NCBI GenBank assembly: GCA_965205975.1
Contig: OZ242195.1
Span: 448,001-512,000, forward strand
Reading direction: 5' to 3'
DNA from: Candidatus Latescibacterota bacterium
GTDB lineage: Bacteria > Latescibacterota > UBA2968
Length of the DNA: 64,000 nucleotides
The notes under the pieces are model-generated. The model was not told the origin of the DNA. It saw only the letters and a list, made by a program, of their open reading frames with translations, and ran no database searches. The translations under genes were made by a program, and so were the position numbers. Each line of letters begins with the position of its first letter. The stretch's first letter is position 1. Shown piece by piece: positions 55,098 to 64,000 of this stretch.

Positions 55098-56318
55098 ATG
55101 GACAAACGCGTTCTAAACAGCCCAGTTGAGGTCTCAGATCGCATTGAGAGTCTGGATGTGTTGCGCGGCTTTGCCGTGCTTGGCATCCTGGTCATGAATA
55201 TCCAGTCATTTGCAATGCCTGGGGCGGCGTACCTGAACCCGACGGCTTACGGCGATCTCAATGGTATCAACTTTTTTACCTGGCTGGTTAGCTACCTGCT
55301 CGTTGATCAGAAGTTTATGTCAATCTTTTCAATGCTCTTTGGTGCCGGCATCTGTCTGTTTGCAGATCGCGCCGAGGCCCGCAGTGGTCGCTCCGCTGGC
55401 TTGCACTACCGCCGCACATTCTATCTGCTCGTCTTCGGCCTTGTGCATGCCTATTTTCTGTGGTCGGGCGATATATTGGTTGCCTACGCGCTCTGCGGCT
55501 CCGTCATCTTTCTTTTTAGGAATCGTTCGCCGCGCACGCTGGTAGTCATCGGGCTCGTTGTTTTTGCAGTGGCGAGTGTGCTGTCGATTGGAATAGGTCT
55601 GACAACAGAATTTATTCCCGAAAAAGATGTGGCGGATATCACTGCGACGTGGGCACCGGATGCGGCCAAAATTGATGCGGAGTTGCTCGCTTACCGCAGC
55701 GGCTGGTTCACACTGCAGGCACAACGAACCAGCGATACACTGGGAATGCACACGACGGTCCTGCCAATTGAAGTGTTTTGGCAATCTGCGGGTATCATGC
55801 TGATGGGCATGGCCCTCTACCGCTGGCACATCCTGAGCGCAGCCCGCAATGACCGATTCTACTGTTGCCTCGCGCTCATCGGATTCGGTATGGGCTTGCC
55901 GGTCGTTGCTGCGGGTGCATGGTGGAATTTTGCGGCCGGATGGAACTGGGAGCGTTCGATGTTCCTTGGGGCGCAGTTCAACTATTGGGGGAGCCTCGCT
56001 ATGGCATTTGGATACATCGGCCTCGTGATGTTGGTGGTTCGCCGCAGATGGCTCTCTGGCTTACAAACGCGCCTGGCCGCAGCCGGGCGAATGGCGTTCA
56101 CCAATTACATCGCTCAGACGCTGATTTGTACGACCATTTTTTACGGGCATGGATTCGGGCTTTTCGGGCGCGTTGCCCGCTGGCAACAGGCCATAGTCGT
56201 CATCTTTGTATGGGGCCTCCAACTCTGGTGGTCGCCGTTGCTGATGAGACGTTTTCGATATGGCCCGTTGGAATGGAGTTGGCGGGCACTGACCTACTGG
56301 CGGATCCCAGGACGATAG
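55098..56318 (+). CDS. DUF418 (YeiB-like) membrane protein
   Basis: RIESLDVLRGFA..GI, GDIL, GRMAFTNY and GPLEW motifs. Confidence 0.92.
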   Translation: MDKRVLNSPVEVSDRIESLDVLRGFAVLGILVMNIQSFAMPGAAYLNPTAYGDLNGINFFTWLVSYLLVDQKFMSIFSMLFGAGICLFADRAEARSGRSAGLHYRRTFYLLVFGLVHAYFLWSGDILVAYALCGSVIFLFRNRSPRTLVVIGLVVFAVASVLSIGIGLTTEFIPEKDVADITATWAPDAAKIDAELLAYRSGWFTLQAQRTSDTLGMHTTVLPIEVFWQSAGIMLMGMALYRWHILSAARNDRFYCCLALIGFGMGLPVVAAGAWWNFAAGWNWERSMFLGAQFNYWGSLAMAFGYIGLVMLVVRRRWLSGLQTRLAAAGRMAFTNYIAQTLICTTIFYGHGFGLFGRVARWQQAIVVIFVWGLQLWWSPLLMRRFRYGPLEWSWRALTYWRIPGR

Positions 56319-56354
56319 CGCGAATTTTGTTTCACACGATTCAAAGGAGAAAAC

Positions 56355-57596
56355 ATGGATAAACTCAAACTCGCCCTGGTCGGTTGTGGCGGTATGGGAA
56401 CGCGCCATTTGTATGGGTTGCGCGAACTGGCGAAGACGCCGTTTAACAATATTGAATTGTGCGCTTTGTGCGATCTCAATCGGGATAACGCAGAACTGGC
56501 TGCGAGGGAGGCCGAGCAGTTGCTCGGTTCAAAGCCCCCCGTATTTACATCCATAGAAGAGATGGCGCAAGCGATTCCCGATTTGATGGCTGTCGATGTG
56601 GTCACCGATCCGTCGGTGCACCACACGGTGGTGTGTGAGGCTCTGGACCTGGGGTTGCATGTGCTGGTTGAAAAACCTATGGCTATTTCTGTCAAAGCGT
56701 GCCATGCTATGAATGAGGCGGCGGAGCGCAATGGACGCAAACTGTCCGTTGCTGAAAATTATCGGCGCGATCCTTCGGCGCGGCTAACGCGCCATTTGTT
56801 GGATACCGGGCGAATCGGAACGCCTTATATGGCAACGTTTCACGCCATGCGCGGCGGTAATGAAATTTTTATCACGCCCTGGCGGCATTTGAAAGACCGC
56901 GGGGGACCGTTGATCGATATGGGAGTGCATTATGCAGATTTGATTCGGTATCAACTCGGCGATGTGGTCGAGGTGTATGGCGATACGCGTCTGGTGGAGC
57001 CAGTGCGCAAAAAACAACAGTCCATTGGTGATCGGTATGAATTTTATCAGCAGCGTTTTCGCGCGATGCCCAGCGAAGTTCCAGCTACGGCAGAAGATAC
57101 GGCGATGGCGATGATGAAGATGGAAAGCGGCGTGACGGTGAGTTTTATTGTGGGCATTGGGGGACATGGTGCCTGTCGCAGTCAGTTGATTTTAGGCGAT
57201 AAAGGGTGTTTGCAGAGCTACGGGAGTCGTGGGAGTCAGGCGATATGGCAATCGGCAGATGGGGAGGTGAGAGACCAGAATGCGATTCTGAGTGCTGTTG
57301 ACGATTTTGAATTGCATCCTCTTTTAGATCATTTTTTTCCTACCAAAAACAGCGTGGGCGATCAGGCAGTGGATTGGAAATTGATCGCTTATGAACAATA
57401 CGAACTCGCCTGTGCTGTCCTGAATGATGACCCGGTTGAGGTCGATGGTGTTGAGGGGATGAAGGATGTGGCGGCGATTTATGCGATTTGCGAGTCTGCT
57501 CGCGCAGGTCGCACTGTGACGGCAGCAGAGATCGAAAGCGGCGAGTTGTATGAATATCAAGCGGAGATCGATGCGGCGTTGAATATCAACACTTAA
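56355..57596 (+). CDS. Gfo/Idh/MocA oxidoreductase
   Basis: GCGGMG, EKP and DMGVH motifs. Confidence 0.9.
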   Translation: MDKLKLALVGCGGMGTRHLYGLRELAKTPFNNIELCALCDLNRDNAELAAREAEQLLGSKPPVFTSIEEMAQAIPDLMAVDVVTDPSVHHTVVCEALDLGLHVLVEKPMAISVKACHAMNEAAERNGRKLSVAENYRRDPSARLTRHLLDTGRIGTPYMATFHAMRGGNEIFITPWRHLKDRGGPLIDMGVHYADLIRYQLGDVVEVYGDTRLVEPVRKKQQSIGDRYEFYQQRFRAMPSEVPATAEDTAMAMMKMESGVTVSFIVGIGGHGACRSQLILGDKGCLQSYGSRGSQAIWQSADGEVRDQNAILSAVDDFELHPLLDHFFPTKNSVGDQAVDWKLIAYEQYELACAVLNDDPVEVDGVEGMKDVAAIYAICESARAGRTVTAAEIESGELYEYQAEIDAALNINT

Positions 57597-57597
57597 A

Positions 57598-57975
57598 ATG
57601 GAGGAAAGACAGATGGTGATTCGCAATTGGCAAGATGCCACGCCCACAGTGGGCCATGAAACGGCGTTGATCTGGTCGATTTTCAGGCAGAAAGGGAGTG
57701 CTGGCTTGAGCGAGGAAGAAGCACCGATGTTGGCGGCATCGGGATTTACCCTGCATATGATGCAGAGCCGCAAGGCGGGCGATTACCACATGCACGATGA
57801 CAAAGAACAGATTTATTATTTTACGCGCGGTCATGGCAAGATGAAGATCGATGACGAGATTTATCCCGTGGAGCCTGGCGATGCCGTGCATTTACCGCCG
57901 CATACCTATCATCAGTTGATCAATGACAGCGATGATTGGATTGAACACATCCTGGTGACTGTGCCGGTGGGTTAA
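57598..57975 (+). CDS. Cupin domain protein
   Basis: HMHDDKEQIYY...PGDAVHLPPHTYH. Confidence 0.9.
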   Translation: MEERQMVIRNWQDATPTVGHETALIWSIFRQKGSAGLSEEEAPMLAASGFTLHMMQSRKAGDYHMHDDKEQIYYFTRGHGKMKIDDEIYPVEPGDAVHLPPHTYHQLINDSDDWIEHILVTVPVG

Positions 57976-58994
57976 GGGTGTAGGACGTATTTCAATCCCT
58001 CTTGTCGCTCTGCACCGTCAAATGCCTGTTCCCAATTTTCGAGTGGTAGCCTGTGGGATATGTATGCCGAGGGATCTATTGTTTTGGCGATGACCATTTC
58101 GAGGGCGCGTTGCCAACTGGGCCAGTTCTGGGCAATAGAACTGTTCACGGAAAGCTGTTTGTAGATGATTTTGCCCCAGTTCACTTCAACGGGGTGTTCG
58201 ATTAGAGCCACCTGTGTGAATGTGCCGAGAGGGCGCACGGCGTCGAGGCATTGATCGATGGAGGCAGCAGCACCTGCACATTCGATGACAATGTCGGCAC
58301 CGTCGCTGGTGATCGAACGGACAAATTCGGATACATTTTCGCGCGTGACATCTACGGTGTGTTCTGCGCCTTTAGCCATAGCGAGGCGATGGGTGTCGCG
58401 GTCTGTTCCGCAGACAATAACACGTCCGCCTGCGAGTCTGGCGAGGTCGGCGCACATCAGGCCAATGGGACCGGGACCAGAAACGAGTACCAGGTCGCCG
58501 GGTACAATTTTTGTGTAAAAAAGAACGGCTTTGATGCAGCAGGCGAGGGGTTCAACAAGCGCGGCAGTGTCATAGGAGACGGATTCGGGAAGTGGGAAGG
58601 CGAGGTTTTGGGGGATGACGCAGTATTCGGCAAATCCGCCGTCGCGCATGCTGCCAACGGATTTGCGCTGGGGGCAAAAGAAAAATTCGCTGGCCCGACA
58701 ATGGCGACAGTGCCCACAGGCCCCATTCGCTGTGGGAAGGACCGTGACGCGGTCGCCTGTTTTGATGCGGGTGACATTGGTGCCGACTTTGACGACTTCA
58801 CCTGAAAGTTCATGGCAAAGCGTGACAGGTGGGCGAGAGCCATAACCGCCGTGGCGAATGTGGAGATCGGTGCCGCAGAGTCCGCCGCGCTGAACGGCGA
58901 TTTTAATGTCGTCGGGGTGTTCGATATCCGGTTCTGGTATATTGCATAAGGCGATGTGTCCAGGACCGGGTTTTAGTTTGCGTACAGCGCGCAT
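57972..58994 (-). CDS. Zn-dependent alcohol/polyol dehydrogenase (MDR)
   Basis: CGTDLH, CHE, CGHCRHC...C and GPGPIG motifs. Confidence 0.92.
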   Translation of the reverse strand: MRAVRKLKPGPGHIALCNIPEPDIEHPDDIKIAVQRGGLCGTDLHIRHGGYGSRPPVTLCHELSGEVVKVGTNVTRIKTGDRVTVLPTANGACGHCRHCRASEFFFCPQRKSVGSMRDGGFAEYCVIPQNLAFPLPESVSYDTAALVEPLACCIKAVLFYTKIVPGDLVLVSGPGPIGLMCADLARLAGGRVIVCGTDRDTHRLAMAKGAEHTVDVTRENVSEFVRSITSDGADIVIECAGAAASIDQCLDAVRPLGTFTQVALIEHPVEVNWGKIIYKQLSVNSSIAQNWPSWQRALEMVIAKTIDPSAYISHRLPLENWEQAFDGAERQEGLKYVLHP

Positions 58995-58995
58995 G

Positions 58996-60768
58996 TTACT
59001 CGTTCAGTGCCGAAAGTTGAGCGGTTTGTTCAATCTTGCCATCGACAATGCCCATGTATCCAATTAGCATTTCGTCAAAACTTTGCTCACCCCAGCGAAC
59101 CGTTGCGGATGGGTCGGGATTGAGTTTGTTTTTTGCTGAGTTGTCAAAGACGGCATGGCTGACTATGCGCGTTCCTGCGGGCAGGTGTTTAGGGGTTGAG
59201 AGGGCGTAGAACCGCTGCCAGTTGAACGTGTAATTTGGCACAGAGAGCAGGGTTTCGCGGGTTCCATCGGGATAATGTGCAACATAGCGGAAGCCCGCGC
59301 CCCGGAAGTGCATGTGGGGGAAGAAGGTGTAGAGGGTGACGTCTTGTTCAAAGATTTTTATGGATGAATCGCGATAGGCACTCGCATGCGGTGGGATTTT
59401 AATTTGGGTGTTGGCGGGACCGACCACGCGGTGTTCGCGCAGGTTTTGGGCGTCGGTGAAATACAACCCCAGTTTGCTTTCATCCACTTCGGGACGTCCA
59501 GTGGTCGTATAGTGGAGTTGAAACTGGATTTTGCTCCCTTTGGGGAGTAGTTTTGCCGTGCCTTTGGGCAGTATGACACCATCCATGCCCGGTACATAAG
59601 AGGCAAAGATGCCGTCTAACCAGCGGTTCTTTTTGACGGTTTTCATTTTGTGCCCTTTGGGATAGATCAGATGCGCCAGTGCGTGGTGCATTGCCGCGCG
59701 ATTTCCCGGCAGAAATTCGGTGCCCCGCAATTGCACATCGCGGTCTATGGGTACGGTAATTTTGAGATAGCGATAGTCGATAATGCCGGTTGCGGGGATT
59801 TCCTGCCGTTCCAGTGCGATGACGAGGTCGGGTTCACCATAAGCCCAGGTTGTGGCGTGTGTCGGGTTGTCGGATAGGGGATCTGGCCCATCGCCGCGGG
59901 GCGATCCAGCTTCGATCCAGTGGACGAGGGTTTGTTCTTCTTGTTGTGTGAGAGACATGTCGTTGTTGAATGTGCCTATGTGTGGGTCTGCATGCCATGG
60001 GGGCATGCGTCGGGTGCGTACGACTTCGCGCATCATTGGAGACCAGCCCGCGACTTCTTTGTAGTCGGTCATGTCAAAGGGTGCTATGCCGCCGGTTTGG
60101 TGACAGGGCACGCATTTGTTTTGCAGAATGGGAGCGATTTCTCTGGCATAAGAGATCTGTTTGTGTTGTGCGCGGTCTTTGCCCGGCAAGGCAATCAGGC
60201 AACCGGGTGATGCAACGGCTTTGACGGCGACTTCCTCGGCTTTGAGGTGGGCGAGGAGTGCATCGGCGAGATAATGGTTGGATGCACTGGGTTTTTGCGC
60301 TTCGTAATTCAGACGATCGTCGATGGGTCCCCGGTAGAGGATGTGCCATGTTTTGGGATTGATGACAAGGGCCTCAGCCGTGCGATGCAGGTCGAGTGAT
60401 TCGGCGACGAGTTGTGTTTCGTCAATGAGGATGGGATAGTCGATGGAGAAGGCGACGGCTTCTTCGCGTACGTTTTCGCGGTCGTCTTGCAAATTGGCAT
60501 TGAGCATTAAAAATTGCACGCCTTTGGGCGCGTATTCATCGCGTATTGCATTGAGGCTATGTACCGCATTGCGCACAATAGGGCAACCATTGCCCTGGAC
60601 GAATAAGACGATGGCAGAGGCGTCTGAGTGCTCGTGGAGTGTGTGGAATTCGCCGTTTTGATCATAAAGGCCAAAATCATCCACGAGAATATCCACGGAT
60701 TGTGGTGTTTCGGGAATGGCAGAACAGCCGATGAAGAGGCAGGATAGGATATACAATAGGTGTTTCAT
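58996..60768 (-). CDS. Lipoprotein: redoxin domain + c-type heme motif + copper type II (PHM-like) monooxygenase domains
   Basis: FIGC lipobox, GCPI, YRGPIDD, CVPCH, MPPW, MHHA, PHMH and DEM motifs. Confidence 0.8.
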   Translation of the reverse strand: MKHLLYILSCLFIGCSAIPETPQSVDILVDDFGLYDQNGEFHTLHEHSDASAIVLFVQGNGCPIVRNAVHSLNAIRDEYAPKGVQFLMLNANLQDDRENVREEAVAFSIDYPILIDETQLVAESLDLHRTAEALVINPKTWHILYRGPIDDRLNYEAQKPSASNHYLADALLAHLKAEEVAVKAVASPGCLIALPGKDRAQHKQISYAREIAPILQNKCVPCHQTGGIAPFDMTDYKEVAGWSPMMREVVRTRRMPPWHADPHIGTFNNDMSLTQQEEQTLVHWIEAGSPRGDGPDPLSDNPTHATTWAYGEPDLVIALERQEIPATGIIDYRYLKITVPIDRDVQLRGTEFLPGNRAAMHHALAHLIYPKGHKMKTVKKNRWLDGIFASYVPGMDGVILPKGTAKLLPKGSKIQFQLHYTTTGRPEVDESKLGLYFTDAQNLREHRVVGPANTQIKIPPHASAYRDSSIKIFEQDVTLYTFFPHMHFRGAGFRYVAHYPDGTRETLLSVPNYTFNWQRFYALSTPKHLPAGTRIVSHAVFDNSAKNKLNPDPSATVRWGEQSFDEMLIGYMGIVDGKIEQTAQLSALNE

Positions 60769-60779
60769 AATATCTCCAT

Positions 60780-61682
60780 TTAAAAGTCCCTACTCCGCAA
60801 CAATTCCAGCACGCGCTCGAGGTCGTCATTGCTGTAAAATTCGATTTCGATTTTGCCCCGAGAGCCTCTGCGGTTGATATTGACTGCTGTGCCAAAATAA
60901 CGCTGGAGATCTTCTTCGAGAAATAGCAAGTTGGGGTCTTTGGGTGGCGTGGATTTTTTTTCTGTGGAGCCTTCTTTGAGTGCTTTGACGAGGGCCTCTG
61001 TGCGGCGAACCGATAGTCCCTGTGCAATAATCTGCTGGCATAAGGCAATTTGTTGATCCGCGTTGTCAAGGCCCAGCAGTGTGCGGGCGTGACCTGCGGA
61101 TATCTGCCCGGCTTGCAGGGCGTCGAGTACTTCGGGTGCCAATGCGAGGAGGCGCAAGGTGTTGGCAATGGTGGAGCGGTCTTTGCCCACATGCTCGGCA
61201 ACCTCCTCTTGTGTGAGAAAACACTCGTCTATGAGCATGCGATAGGCTTTGGCTTCTTCTATGGGGTTGAGATTTTCTCGCTGGATATTTTCAATCAGCG
61301 AGAGTTCCATCATTTCCTGGTCTGTTCCCACGTCCATAACAATCGCAGGTACGACCGCGAGTTCGGCCTGACGCGCGGCGCGAAAACGGCGTTCGCCAGC
61401 GATCAGTTGATAGCCCGATCCAAAGCGGCGCACGGAAACAGGCTGTATGATGCCTTTTTCGCGGATTGATTGCGCCAATTCGCTCACGGCTTTGGGATCG
61501 AATTCCGTGCGTGGCTGGTGGGGGTTGGGTTCAATATCCTCAATGGGTATTTCGATGATTTGCCGTTGGGTCTGTCCTGTGGGCGATGGAGCAGTTTCCG
61601 ATGTGATTTTTTCGGCAGAGGTTTCATCGGCACCGGGAATCAGGGCGCCCAATCCCTTGCCAAGGGCATTGCGTTTAGCCAT
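60780..61682 (-). CDS. parB: Chromosome partitioning protein ParB
   Basis: LGKGLGAL, NPHQPR, AGERRFRA, ENIQRE motifs and HTH. Confidence 0.95.
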   Translation of the reverse strand: MAKRNALGKGLGALIPGADETSAEKITSETAPSPTGQTQRQIIEIPIEDIEPNPHQPRTEFDPKAVSELAQSIREKGIIQPVSVRRFGSGYQLIAGERRFRAARQAELAVVPAIVMDVGTDQEMMELSLIENIQRENLNPIEEAKAYRMLIDECFLTQEEVAEHVGKDRSTIANTLRLLALAPEVLDALQAGQISAGHARTLLGLDNADQQIALCQQIIAQGLSVRRTEALVKALKEGSTEKKSTPPKDPNLLFLEEDLQRYFGTAVNINRRGSRGKIEIEFYSNDDLERVLELLRSRDF

Positions 61683-62436
61683 TGATGACCTCCCCGGCTA
61701 AGTTCATGTAATTTTGCGCGCCGGTAGATATAATATCGTAGAGGATGATTGGTTTGCCAAAACTGGGCGCTTCGCCGAGTTTGACGTTGCGGCTGATAAT
61801 CGTATTATAGACGCGGTCGCCAAAATGCGATTTGGTTTCTTCGGCAACCTGCCGCGCCAGATTGAGACGTCCGTCGTACATTGTGAGTAGTACGCCTTCA
61901 ATAGTGAGGTGGGGATTGAGATGTTGTTGCACGAGGTGCAGGGTGTTGAGCAATTTGCTCAGGCCCTCGAGCGCGTAGAATTCGCATTGTATGGGGATGA
62001 GTACAGAGTCGGCTGCCGTCAGCGCGTTGAGTGTGAGCAATCCCAGTGCAGGGGGGCAGTCGATGATGATGAAGTCATAGGTTTCGCGCGCTTGCAAAAG
62101 GGCATTTTTGAGGCGTTGTTCGCGCGATGTGACGGAGACCATTTCCACTTCGGCACCGGTGAGGCGAATGTGAGAGGGCGCAATGCTGAGAAAGGGCAAG
62201 TCGCTTTCGTGGATGACTTCCATTAAGGGCAAGTCTTCGAGAAGCACTTCGTACACACAGGGCGTTTGTTCATCTACCTCAATGCCACATCCGCTGGACG
62301 CGTTGGCCTGTGGGTCTATGTCGAGCAGCAGGGTTTTCTTTTCGGCAGTAGCCAGACACGCAGATAGGTTGACTGCGGTGGTGGTTTTGCCCACACCGCC
62401 TTTTTGATTGGCTATGGCAATGACCCGTGCAGACAT
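61675..62436 (-). CDS. parA: Chromosome partitioning ATPase ParA/Soj
   Basis: NQKGGVGKTT, DIDPQAN, DCPP and EAPSFG motifs. Confidence 0.95.
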   Translation of the reverse strand: MSARVIAIANQKGGVGKTTTAVNLSACLATAEKKTLLLDIDPQANASSGCGIEVDEQTPCVYEVLLEDLPLMEVIHESDLPFLSIAPSHIRLTGAEVEMVSVTSREQRLKNALLQARETYDFIIIDCPPALGLLTLNALTAADSVLIPIQCEFYALEGLSKLLNTLHLVQQHLNPHLTIEGVLLTMYDGRLNLARQVAEETKSHFGDRVYNTIISRNVKLGEAPSFGKPIILYDIISTGAQNYMNLAGEVING

Positions 62437-62790
62437 CTGAGACCCCGCAAATTCAAGTATAACAGAGATATTCAAGCCCTCGAAATATAGGGTAAGGAAA
62501 AGAGAAAATCAAGCGCGGGTGTTTGTCGCTACTTCGCGCTGTGGGGTGGAAAGGCGAGGATTATGGTGCTTTTTGTAATGACTTTTCAGAATACTGCGTC
62601 TAAGCCGAGGCTTTAGAGTCAAATTTTAAGGTATAAAAGAAGCGGTTTTAGACAGGTGGGATTTGGAGAAATTTGGAAAATTGGGTTGACAACAGATAGA
62701 TATTATCTACGTTATTAAAAATAATCACACTGAGAGGGGCGCGTTACAGAAAGATGATAAAATTTTAGCGATCACAACGAGGAGAGTCAC

Positions 62791-63609
62791 ATGGCAGATG
62801 CACCACAAACCACAGAAAGAGATTTAGCCCAAGCAGATCAAAGGATTGATCGCCGTTTTGATGAACAGCAACGCGAAACCGTTAGGCAAGGCCAGCAGTT
62901 GACGGCGATTGAAAAACTGATTGAACAGAACAACGAGCACCACAAAGACCGCATGGCGCGTTACGAAGCCGCTCAGGAAAAGATGTTTGAGCGATTGGAG
63001 ACGCGCATTGAGCAGAATGCCACAAGAATCACAGAGAGTAACGAGCATGTGATCAGACTGGACACACTAATAGATCAGCACGACGAGCGCATGAGCCATC
63101 TATCCGAGATCCAACGGGAATTGCGGGCGACGATTGATCAGAACGCCAAAGAAATCACGGAGAGTAATGAGCGAACGACCAGATTGGATACCCTCATAGA
63201 TCAGCATGACGAGCGCATGAGCAGTCAAGCGGAGATCCAGCGAGAATTGCGGGCGACGATTGATCAGAACGCCAAAGAAATCACGGAGAGTAATGAGCGA
63301 ACGACCAGATTGGATACCCTCATAGAGCAGCATGACGAGCGCATGAGCAGTCAAGCGGAGATCCAGCGAGAATTGCATGTGATGATTGATCAGAACGCCA
63401 CAAGAATCACAGAGAGTAAGGAGCATGTGATCAAACTGGACACCCTCATAGAGCAGCACGATGACCGCATGAGCCGTCTATCCGAGATCCAACGGGAATT
63501 GCGAGCGACGATGCAGAGCAATTTCAATTGGATTGTTGGCGTTGTACTCGGAGGGATTTTTCTGATATTGGGCACGCTGGTAACGGCATTTTTCGCTTTG
63601 CCCAAGTAA
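62791..63609 (+). CDS. Coiled-coil tandem-repeat protein with a C-terminal TM anchor
   Basis: GAGGAG RBS; four 42-aa repeats; WIVGVVLGGIFLILGTLV tail. Confidence 0.8.
   Translation: MADAPQTTERDLAQADQRIDRRFDEQQRETVRQGQQLTAIEKLIEQNNEHHKDRMARYEAAQEKMFERLETRIEQNATRITESNEHVIRLDTLIDQHDERMSHLSEIQRELRATIDQNAKEITESNERTTRLDTLIDQHDERMSSQAEIQRELRATIDQNAKEITESNERTTRLDTLIEQHDERMSSQAEIQRELHVMIDQNATRITESKEHVIKLDTLIEQHDDRMSRLSEIQRELRATMQSNFNWIVGVVLGGIFLILGTLVTAFFALPK
63007..63510 (+). repeat. 4 x 126-bp in-frame tandem repeat
   Basis: Units start at 63007, 63133, 63259 and 63385 (ATTGA[GT]CAGAA[CT]GCC). Confidence 0.95.
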
Positions 63610-63673
63610 CCACACGAGTATAGACTTGTCACAGGCTGAGATAAACCACCATCTTAACGATATAAAAACAAGC

Positions 63674-63710
63674 AAGTGCCCGTCTCCTCAATGGAAGCGG
63701 GCACTTTTGT
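63674..63710. terminator. Terminator between convergent genes
   Basis: AAGTGCCCG...CGGGCACTT followed by TTGT. Confidence 0.7.
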
Positions 63711-63730
63711 GTTTATCCCAAAATAGAAGA

Positions 63731-64000
63731 TTACTCTTCCAGTGCAGCGTGGGCGGCTGCGAGGCGGGCGATGGGTACGCGGAAGGGGGAACAGGATACG
63801 TAGTCCATGCCGATGTTGTGGCAGAAGTGTACAGAGGACGGATCGCCGCCGTGTTCGCCGCAGATGCCCACTTTGAGATCGCTGCGAGCGCCGCGTCCGT
63901 TTTTGGTGCCGAGTTCGACGAGTTGCCCCACGCCGGTCTGGTCGAGGGTCTGGAAGGGATCGTTTTCGAGGATGCCCTTTTCGACGTATTCGCCCAGGAA
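63731..64000 (-). CDS. ppdK: Pyruvate phosphate dikinase, 3' end (partial)
   Basis: [22 protein letters not shown] and [17 protein letters not shown] motifs. Confidence 0.95.
   Translation of the reverse strand, partial: FLGEYVEKGILENDPFQTLDQTGVGQLVELGTKNGRGARSDLKVGICGEHGGDPSSVHFCHNIGMDYVSCSPFRVPIARLAAAHAALEE

Noticed and set aside
56328..56343. parS-like TGTTTCACACGATTCA
   Set aside because: Four mismatches to the TGTTTCACGTGAAACA consensus; not palindromic.
63007..63510. CRISPR array (also considered for 24520-25180)
   Set aside because: Repeats are in-frame coding units without unique spacers; no cas genes.

Overview
Bacterial chromosomal window, 64 kb. The gene content (sulfatase and enolase-family catabolism, FGE-fold proteins, a C-terminal EF-hand/dockerin-like tag) resembles Latescibacterota/Gemmatimonadota-type marine or sponge-associated MAGs; this is an inference only. 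From left to right: an alternative complex III operon (actABCDEF, actF cut by the window edge); a desaturase and a beta-repeat protein; a 9-gene catabolic cluster; an orphan iorA-like gene and a frameshifted SLC13 transporter; nagA and an epimerase. A ~9 kb mosaic island (24.4-33.6 kb) follows, with a propeller-repeat protein, two FGE/CLec-fold proteins, a membrane patatin, broken toxin-antitoxin modules, an AAA/PD-(D/E)XK gene and a direct duplication. After it come a divergent ExbB/ExbD-like triad, sthA, ettA, an S9 peptidase, natAB-like ABC genes, a TnpB-only IS200/IS605 element, an AAA + DUF4276 pair, parAB, a 42-aa tandem-repeat coiled-coil protein and the 3' end of ppdK. Best leads: (1) the last 135 nt of the two FGE-fold genes show the codon signature of diversity-generating-retroelement variable regions, with no RT or template in the window; (2) a non-canonical MotA/ExbB + ExbD-like + surface-protein triad; (3) an island where toxins are truncated while the adjacent antitoxins are intact; (4) an abrupt GC-skew polarity switch near 19.1 kb. 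All alignments and counts were done by eye; no database search was run.
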